DNA of 64,000 nt from Nitrospirales bacterium. Lineage in GTDB: Bacteria > Nitrospirota > Nitrospiria > Nitrospirales > UBA8639. The stretch lies in the NCBI GenBank assembly GCA_965203295.1, contig CBDBCZ010000013.1, forward strand, positions 922,442 through 986,441, in the 5' to 3' direction. Each line of letters begins with the position of its first letter. The stretch's first letter is position 1. A program made the position numbers and the translations under genes. Below, one piece after another: positions 55,517 through 64,000 of this stretch. The notes beneath the pieces are model-generated. The model had not been told where the DNA came from. It saw only the letters and a list, made by a program, of their open reading frames with translations, and made no database searches.

Positions 55517-56350
55517 GAAACTTTATTGCTGGTGTATGTGTTTGGGCTATGGAGAGATTATCCTAGTTTACTAGGAAATTGGTCGATCATTGTTATAAAG
55601 TAGAATTAGTTTGTAGATATCCCTAGTAGTCTCCTCTCTTTTAATGGATTTACCAGCTTTAGGGGGGTGAAATGACGTGGCGTGCACATAATTGCTTGTT
55701 AGTAGGTTGAAATTGATAGTTGCTGTTGTGTCAACAAATTCCTCCTGGGAGCCAGTCCAGATGATGAATACATCAGGAAATCTCTTCCATAGGAGGATCT
55801 TTCCCCCTCCCTTTTCTAAGAGTCTAGTTTCTAAGTTACCCATGAAGATGTTTGCATATGTTGGGGCCATTTACAAGGCACTGAAATACCCATAAAAGTG
55901 ACGGAAGTAAAAGTGATCATGAAATCCATTATGTTATATATTCTGTAGTACCACATCTAAAAGTGTACCAATACTGTTGAGGTCGTGTTTCTACTACTCT
56001 GAGTGTATTCAATAGCCCCTAGTTGGAATCTGACTTTTAACAACAAAATCGTCTATTTTCAGTTTCCTGGTTGGTGGGGCTACGTAGCTCCCTGGTCTAC
56101 GGAACTTAGACCTAGGTGTTTTAGTTTGGCCAAACTTCTCGTATTGTAGTTACACAGTAGATGCTAATTTATTGATATCCCTAACGAAATCACTTTGGGA
56201 GGTATGTTTGGGTTTGGGGATAAATGATGTTTTGTCAGCAGTGGGTAAGAAAGTGGGTATGTTGGTTGGCCTTGTGGTGGTCAGCCTTAGCCATTGTGAT
56301 GAGCGATGCTCTTCCCATCAGTTATGGTTCCCCTCCACTTGTGTAGCTTA
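55517..56350 (-). mobile_element. Penelope-like retroelement remnant
   Basis: MAPTYANIFMGNLETRLL..LWKRF(.)DVFIIW matches PLE reverse transcriptase motifs; AATAAA lies at the minus-strand 3' end near 55525; multiple deletions and stops. Confidence 0.75.
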
Positions 56351-56429
56351 TTGGCTGGGGGTGGTGGATCTGGGCTGTTGGAGCCGATGGAGTCTCCTCT
56401 GTGTTGGCCAAACTGAGGGAGTAGTGGAT

Positions 56430-59400
56430 GGTAGTCACATTTTCCCCAACATAACTTACACTGCCTATCATCATTTTCACCCTATATGTCTTCCTAATTC
56501 TTCATTCAGGCCATTAGTACCAGATCTAAACTTAAAACATCTATCGTGTTCCTGTATCCCCAACCCACTGCAATTAATTCTATTTCCTTACAAAAAGACT
56601 TGTAAAGACTCAGTTTAGATTAACTTAAGCCATCATTAAAGTCTGTATATTCTCTGTATCTCAATGCTTCATCTACTCTCTCTGAAAACAAGTTTACATT
56701 ATAATCTTCAGCTAGTAGTTCCTGACTGTCTAGATTTAACTGCAGCAACAATTCACTAACTACTTTCCTCCAGGTCTTCCTCTGCCTACCTCTATGTGGC
56801 TTCACTTCCCAGTCACTGTCTAGTAGTAATCTAGGATATCTGTCAGCATCCAAATGATTGACTTTATACCACCACTTAATGTTTGCATCTATCCCTTCTG
56901 CCTTTCAAAGATTCTGACCCCATATCCCTCCTTACTGCTTCATTACACGCTTTAGAAGAGCAGCCAAGTATCTTTTTAGCTGATCCTAATAGACTCCAAA
57001 AAACTCTTTGCCTTTTATTACAAGCTTACACTTCACTACCACATTCTAAAGTAGAGCGAAGTACCGAGACTAACAATAATTATCCTTCTTGCAAATGTAC
57101 TGATGTTCCTATTACTTAAAACCCAGTGTAATTAATTCAGTTTTTTCTTTCCACTATTTATTACCTTTTGTACATGACTATCCCATGAACCATTATTAGC
57201 AAATTCAATCCCCAAGTAACAGTAACTTACAACCTCTGGAATGTCTTTATTTCCCCACTTCCATGCACATGCCCCTGTATTAACCTCTTTAGAAAATACC
57301 ACAACAGCGCTCTTTTTACCAGCCGGAGCGCACGTAGCGCGCGAACGGCTGGTACTAAGATTGCTTTACGTTTTCCGCGTTTGTTTGTTTGTTTGTTTGT
57401 TTGTTTGTTTGTTTGTTTGTTTGTTTGTTTGTTTGTTTGTTTGTTTGTTTGTTTGTTTGTTTGTTTGTGCGTCCGCACTTATCACGTGCGCAATATATTA
57501 CGTCATACGTTACTATGCAACTGCAGTACAGCAGCGTTTGGAGGTTTGCAGGCCAAGCTACAGCAAATGAAGGTAGTTTTGTGTTGCCTAGATGGCGAAA
57601 ACGTGGTAGATAGTCGTGAAGATCCTGGTTTCTTGGCATATAGCTACTAACTGGAGGCGCATGACGAAACTGCTGAGTCAGCACTTTCGCTGTACCGCTC
57701 TAGGAATATAGTTTCTCTGGCTCTACAGCTGTAGTTTAGTAACTTGGCTTAAGCTGAGTTGTGTGTATTGTACGGGAAAGGCGTCCGGCTGGTTTTTAGA
57801 CATGAAATGTCAGACTTGTTTATGTTAGATTTCAACCTCCATTTATTACAAAATCCCTGCACTGCATTAATCAAGGCTTGTAAGTCCTCAGCATTAGTAG
57901 TTAAACCTACATAATCATCAGCAAACATAAGACCCCCAACCTTAACATCCTTCTTAACAGTAATGCCAATCCCAGCCTTCTCAACCTCATCTAACAACTG
58001 ATTAATTGAAATGGAAAAGATGATAGGCAACATACGTACTACAACCCTGTGCCACCCCTGACCTATATTGAATGGCTCAGATATATCTCCCTCCAGTAAA
58101 ACAGCACTCTGTGTGATGTCATACACATCCTACCCCTAACCCCTAGTTCCCATAACTTAAACCATAAACCATCATGCCAAACTGTGTGAAATGCTTTCTG
58201 AACATCTAAGAAAAAAGCGTAAGTGCTTTCCTTCCCTCATTCTACCTTGTACAATTTCATTTAGAGTAGAGATGTTGTCAACACAACTCCTTTTCTCTCT
58301 AAATCCTACCTGAACCTCATGAAGGGCCCTTTCTGATTCTTACTAAGGGATTATTTAGAATCTTGCAAAACTACTTTCCTACCACATTCAATAGCGTAAA
58401 GTTTCTGTGATTACCCGGGTCCTCAGCATCACCTTTCTTACAATTAACCCTTGTCTCCATTGCTTAGGAATACTCTCCTTTGTCCAAACTACCCCATACA
58501 AGACTTTCAACAGATTAGCCATCCCTTTGCCACCGTACATAAAAAGTTCCCCAACTAGCCCATCATTACCTCATGTTTTATTATTCTTTAGGCTTTCAGA
58601 ACACTTTTTAATTTGTGCATAACTAATCCCTCTATCCAAAACCTTATCCTTCTGCAAACTAGACATTTCACTATACACATGTACTCTGTCATTTTCTTAT
58701 CTATATGCTCTTTCCAGCTATCATCAAATATGATCATCCAATAATGCTGTATCCAACCTTTCATAATGCTCACGTAATACTTCCAACTTTCCCTTATACT
58801 GGTTACACATGAGCCTGAAGTACTCCTCAAAGAGGCAATACCCTTACGGCTACCTTTTGAAGTCTTGCCAAAAAATGCCCAAAACTCTTTCCTGTTTTCA
58901 TGAAAATCTTTATTAGCCTTTTCAATCACCTCATTCCATCCATCAATTTTTTTTTTACGTACCAATTCCTTGATTTCAGAACGTAATTTGTAATACTCCC
59001 CCATTTATCTTCCTGCCACTGCTAATCTCCTTATACACCTGTCTCCTCAACCTAATCTTCTCTTTAATCTCAGCATCCCACCACCTCGCGGCTTTGCCAC
59101 ACACTATCACCTTTTTCCCCAATTTCTTTTGATGCTACCCTCTTCACCGTATCTCCCCAATCCTGAACCACTGCCTTCACTAATTCTGATCCCCTCATCC
59201 CCTGCGTTTTCCATTGGCGTACCCTTCCTTGAAACCCATCTACTTCTACACTTAGGGCTTCCTGATACTTCTGTCTCCCTTCCTCGTTCTGAAACCATTC
59301 AATGCGCCATTCCTTAATCACCCGTGGTTTTTACAATCCTACCCAATTCCATCCATACCAGAAAGTGATCCGATTTTCCTATATCCGTTGTATCTACATG

Positions 59401-59490
59401 CACACTCCCTGAAACCTGCAACAAGTTGAAATCAGTAACTATATATAATTAATGTTAAACTTCTGCTTCAGAGGTCTAGCTCTAGTTCAC
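56430..59490 (-). mobile_element. Degenerate LINE (APE endonuclease tail plus RT; RTE/CR1-like)
   Basis: VDTTDIGKSDHFLVW (endonuclease end), KEFWAFF, VGGLMFADDYVGLTTNAEDLQALINAVQGFCNKWRLKSNINKS (RT core), DRYPRLLL..RGRQRKTW; many frameshifts. Confidence 0.88.
57313..57820 (+). mobile_element. HINE-like element family B with expanded (GTTT)n, nested in a LINE
   Basis: Homologous to 32486-32906; interrupts the LINE RT frame right after ..WRLKSNINKS. Confidence 0.8.
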
Positions 59491-59499
59491 TGAAGATAT

Positions 59500-60900
59500 G
59501 TCAGATTGGACTTATAATTATGTGGTTGAATATTTCTCCACTTCTGGAATATTGGTACGGGAAAAATTCCATTGTTGAATATGCAGAAGTCTCAAACTAC
59601 AGTTGTCAACTGATCCACCATATATAAAGTATCACCTGTTACTGCAGTGCTATTGCTCTTGAAATGTAGACTTACATTTTCTAGTTCATGGATCTGTGAA
59701 ATGTTAGTGCTGTCATTATACCTGCTTACGGTTGGAAGTAGTCACTTCCAGTCAAGAATTCATAGGATAGTTCAGCAGTAGAATTCAAAGGGTTGCTTTC
59801 TTGGACTTTCATTGCTCCTCCATTTTGTCTTGCAACATATTTCATAAAATGGATGATTGCAGTTGGTTAAAGGTTTAATGTGGAGTCATGCAGTGATCAG
59901 TAATAACCCACCACATTTTAATGAATTTCCCACAAAGTTGTCATTTGCTCAATGCTAACTACATTGCTTGATACATAAGCTCCTCCTCCACTCACTTATT
60001 TGGAGCTGTTGAAGCTTATCAGCATGTTTATAATTGGGCGAGCATGAGCGAGCCCCACACTAGTGTGTTCAATTGAGAATTTGTCTGTGCGTACGGTGTA
60101 CGTACATGCGTGTGTACGTGCGTACGCACATACTGCATATTGTTTTGCGGTTCAATATAACATTTCAAATAGTTTCCGTAATATTCCAGATTGTTCACGT
60201 GGCCACGGTGGCTGCAGTGCAGCTAGTTTAGGGATGCTCTCACAGAGTAGACTGCAGCGGCAGAGGCTACAGCGTCAGTATTATTTTGAAGTATGTTCTT
60301 CATGAGCTTTAGGCTACTGTTAACGGATTGAAGAGTACCACCCATCAAATGAGCGGAGTTTCTTTGAAACGTGTTCCATGTGAGGGATAGCATAGAGCTT
60401 CTGACATCAAGAGAACCTCTGTAATCAGCGGTATTATTCTAAAATGTGTTTTCTGTTTGTGTAAGTTTGCTGTTGAATGTGTTGTTGTTTGCAGAGTTGT
60501 TCCATAACTATATGCGAGGTTATTTTGAAAATGTTAGGTTTGGGATACTATTTCTAGTATTAAGACTGCCTCCTTCGTTAGCTGTCTCTGTGAGGATGGC
60601 AATGCTATTCTGACGTAGATGGCACCTCCTTCCTTGGCAATGTTGTTCAGAAACGTGTTGTTTGTTACCATAATTCTGCTGCTCTTGTGAGCATATAGAG
60701 TACCTCCGTGATAGGCAGAGTTGTTTTGAAACACGTTTTGTGTTAGGCTAAAGTCACTATTTCTCACATAAATTGCACCTCCATTTTTCTTTGCTACCAA
60801 TTGGTAAAATGTTGATCTGAAAAATACAATTTGAAATTCTTGAATAGCCCACTGACAATAATTCTATTGCCACGTTTGGAATGTGATTGTGTCCATAAAG
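59500..60900 (-). pseudogene. Decayed parallel beta-helix (GGAI/FxxN repeat, Pmp-like) protein fragment
   Basis: KNGGAIYVRNSDFSLTQNVFQNNSAYHGGTLY..FLNNIAKEGGAIY (60600-60800), ARQNGGAM (~59810-59835), FKSNSTAVTGDTLYGGSVDNCS (~59600-59665); frameshifted and interrupted at ~60030. Confidence 0.65.
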
Positions 60901-61059
60901 TAGTAGAATCCTGGGCGAAGCCTAAGATAACTATTTTGTCCCATTTTATGTAAGCATCAAGTGGACAAAGTTATCGTGGCTTCCAATTTTAATTAATCCA
61001 CCCAAACCTATAGTGGAATCTCTATAGTAAGCATTCACCCTCGGACCATGGCTGTAATA

Positions 61060-61630
61060 CCGTATAGCGGGAAATTTTCGCTGAGGAGAAATTTCGCCAA
61101 ACCCAGATGTGTAGTATTGCCGGAAAATTTCTGCAGATTTATTTTTGCGCTCATGCAATTGTCCAAAATTAAATTCGATGGCATTATCAATAATTATTCC
61201 ATTCAACACAGCAGTTTAGCAGTCTCGAGAAGGTTGAAAAAGTGTCTTGCTGCCGCAGAATCACCGTTCTCACTAGCGATTTGGACTTCAGTTCATTACT
61301 TAGCATCATACGTATAAGGCCCTCTTTTTGCCTTTGTAGCCTCTTCTTGGTGCCGAGCGTTGGTAACTGCTACGTTCGCTTCCGCAATTGCCGATGATAG
61401 CAACGAAGATGACAGTGCCCCCATCGAGTCAGGGAGCTGTCCATGTGGTAAATAACGCAGCAGAGCCATACCGGTAGTCGATGGTGAGCTTAACTTTCGC
61501 AGCTGCATGCTACCGTTGACTATGTGTAAAAAATTCACCTGTTAAAATTTCACCGGTTAATTTTTCGCACTTGAGCTGACTGGCGAAATTGGCGAAAATT
61601 TACGCCGGGTGAAAATTTCCCGCTATACGG
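61060..61630 (-). mobile_element. Non-autonomous pogo-like element
   Basis: TA-ccgtatagcgggaaatttt ... aaaatttcccgctatacgg-TA; peptide MALLRYL..LPDSMGALSSSL..AIAEANVAV..KRGPY..ASENGDSAAARHF. Confidence 0.82.
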
Positions 61631-62525
61631 TATAAGAGGTGGTTGTATCCACGGTATTACGAGGTCCACTGTGCACTACCAACATGTAGGTTGGGCCACA
61701 TATGGTGGCCATTATAGGGAGGTGGCTGCCACATAGCGTGACCCTATTACAGACACAGTGAAACATACAATAAAGTACATTTAAGTACGTGCACTCGTGT
61801 AGTATCAAAACATCTAGATGTACATGTATTAAACAGGCAGATAAGTGATCGATATTTAACACAGTCAGTCTGACTTTGGAACACAAAAAATTAACTCAGT
61901 TCTATAAAAAGGCTCTATAGTTCACTGGCCGTGAGAGGGTAACTGCTCTAAGGTTATTGGAGTTGACTAATTCCCTCTTTCTACTCTCCACCAGACCACA
62001 ATGACACCACACAGAGGGAACTGAAGTGGTATATAGCAGCCAGGCAGGTGAGTCAGGCAGGCCTCCAGCTATAATTACCCACCTGCAAACTCTGATCAAA
62101 GAAGTCTGACATTTCATGTCTAAAAAAACAGCCGGACGCCTTTCCCGTACAATACACACAACTCAGCTTAGGCCAAGCTATTAAAATCCAGCACTTGGAC
62201 AATTTTCATCAACAGTAGTGAGAATGAATTGGTACAGTACAAGTTGCTTTTGGTACATGTAGCACTGCCATTTTCATAACATTGCCGTGATTGAGAATAC
62301 TGCAAACTCTATGGCATGGAAATTCACGTCGTGGTCAATAGTGTGGCAATACATACATGTACTAACATCAGTATGTATTGTCATGGCAGCAATGCCACCT
62401 GTAAAACTACTCACATTTCAGTTAGTTTGTGCATAGTTACGTATCATAAAATTGACTTATTCGAAAGTACTGGTTGTTACACAGCAGGTCACATTTTTTT
62501 ATCCACATGTACATACATGTACGTC

Positions 62526-64000
62526 TGTTAGAGATATGTCAATGATTAGCTATTGTTCATGTTGTAGTTGTAACCATGCTCAAAGATGCTTTAGGCCCTT
62601 TCCTGTTTTCTTGTACGTAGACTTCTGACTCCTCATTTTCCCTTGTCCTTGCCACCTGTTCTTGTGCCACCTGTTCTTGTGCCACCTGTCTATGGAACAT
62701 TCTAGAACTCTCCTTTTTTCTATATATATCTCTTTTTGCCACTGTGTAGTTGTTCAGTTATTCAGTCTTCATGATTACTATTGGAATGTTACGAGAAGTT
62801 GGTGCACCTATCTACTCTGCGCATCGTTAATCCACTTAGAGCATGCGTCCCTGGCTAGTTCAACTAGTCAGCGTTTGACCCGAGAAAGAACTCTACAAAA
62901 ACATTTGTCCTTCGAGCCTGAACCACAAGCCTCTTCTACTGGTTCTCTCTTGGATCACTGCCTATGTTCTGCACATCATTGTGCAACTCACACTCGAGAA
63001 ATTGACGTTGCCGATTCGAGCGCACCGATGTTCTCAGCCCCTCGCCTCAAAGTTGCCTGTCAACAAGGAGCAAAGCTGACCAACTGACTCCTGCTACTCT
63101 GAGAAAGAGAAGAGGCGTCGTTAAAGCCCCCATCACACGTTTGAGCACTCGACTGAAAGACCTTGAGAGTAGGATTCGTGAGCCTACGACGCTAAACCTC
63201 GCCGAGTGGATGTCGCAGAAGCTAGTCTCCCTCGATGCAGATTTCAAAGAGCATCACTTTGCACTGATCGATGTCATTGATGAAACCGACATGGAATCTC
63301 TTGTCAAAGAGCAAGAGACACTCGACCAGCATGATGAAGACATATCTTACATTGCCGTACGAGTTGAGCAAGTCATAGCGACCTGCAACTTGGCCTCCGA
63401 CTCTGGAGCGAGAAAGACTGCATCACGCAGATTGTCTTATCTGAAGAGCAACCTCTCGGCGATTGAAACTGCGGTCCTTGCGTTGACGCCAGAATCAGCA
63501 GAGCTCCACCTGCTTCACCAATATCAAGAGCAGTTGTCCGACTCCAAACGGGAGCTTGGAGAAATTCGTCAAACTGCATTCTCCCTTGGAGCAGAAGAAG
63601 TTGAAACCTCCGTGAACGCCATGGACAAGGATGTCTTCGACTGCAGCCTGCAACTCAAGAAGTTACTGTTCACTCTCACACCTGGTGTCATCCCTAATCC
63701 GTCAACAGAATCTCCTGCTACAATAACGAATGGAGTCAGATTGCCCAAGATTGACGTTCCCACCTTTGACGGTAACATCCTCAGCTGGCAGACATTCTGG
63801 GAACAATTTAGCATTGCCGTTCATGAGCGTACGAGCCTTTCAGACACAGGGAAGCTGGTGTATCTCCGCCACGCACTCAAGGATGGTACAGCAAAAAGGG
63901 TTATTGAGGGCCTGTCCCGATCTGGAGACCAATACACTGAAGCAGTCACATGTTTGGGGTCCCGCTACGATCGTCCCAGACTCATCCACCAAATTCATGT
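62526..64000 (+). mobile_element. BEL/Pao LTR retrotransposon, 5' end (candidate LTR 62526-62903, PBS 62904-62918, gag)
   Basis: TGTT..AACA-bounded segment followed by tttgtccttcgagcc, close to the TGGTCCTTCGAGCC primer site typical of BEL/Pao elements. LTR limits cannot be confirmed without the 3' LTR. Confidence 0.8.
63006..64000 (+). CDS. BEL/Pao Gag (DUF1759-type), open to window end
   Basis: Stop-free frame: LRKRRGVVKAPITRL..GVRLPKIDVPTFDGNILSWQTFWEQFSIAVH..KLVYLRHALKDGTAKRVIEGLSRSGDQYTEAVTCLGSRYDRPRLIHQIH. Start codon uncertain (CTG at 63057; first ATG near 63210). Confidence 0.88.

Larger units (their letters stand above)
31050..55517 (+). repeat. Tandem array of exon+intron units with higher-order duplications
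   Basis: Intron segments recur in nearly every unit (e.g. gtgatgaaggtggcagccttgcccgataaagcac; tgtacccctccactgacctctgcag). Block ~32880-36140 resembles ~36850-40170; ~2.2 kb blocks repeat across 50880-55500; a 282-bp unit occurs three times at ~44428-45273. Confidence 0.95.

Overview
Eukaryotic, intron-rich animal DNA. A demosponge-like genome is inferred from gene style, TACATGTA-rich introns and repeat families, but is not proven. Left third: the 5' 13 coding exons of WDR35/IFT121 (minus strand, running off the window start) sit head-to-head, 211 bp apart, with a complete 7-exon DNAJC27/RBJ gene (plus strand). An isolated replication-dependent-type histone H3 with unusual residues (K42, A90) follows. 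Middle and right: an ankyrin-repeat gene starts at 23302. After a TE-filled 8.9 kb intron containing a dead hAT transposase, it continues as a tandem array of 22 symmetric 102-nt exons (32362-54250), each encoding one 34-aa ankyrin repeat, interleaved with 7 truncated half-exons. The array is cut off at ~55517 by stacked retroelements (Penelope-like, LINE, BEL/Pao) and a decayed beta-helix gene fragment; no terminal exon lies in the window. Most notable: the modular, DARPin-like ankyrin exon cassette array; a minisatellite made of a WDR35 splice donor; X-box motifs in the WDR35/DNAJC27 shared promoter; an RBJ GTPase with the catalytic glutamine; and mobile-element hairpins carrying ssDNA-stabilising GNA/GNNA loops and tandem GA mismatches. 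All calls come from manual reading; no searches were run.
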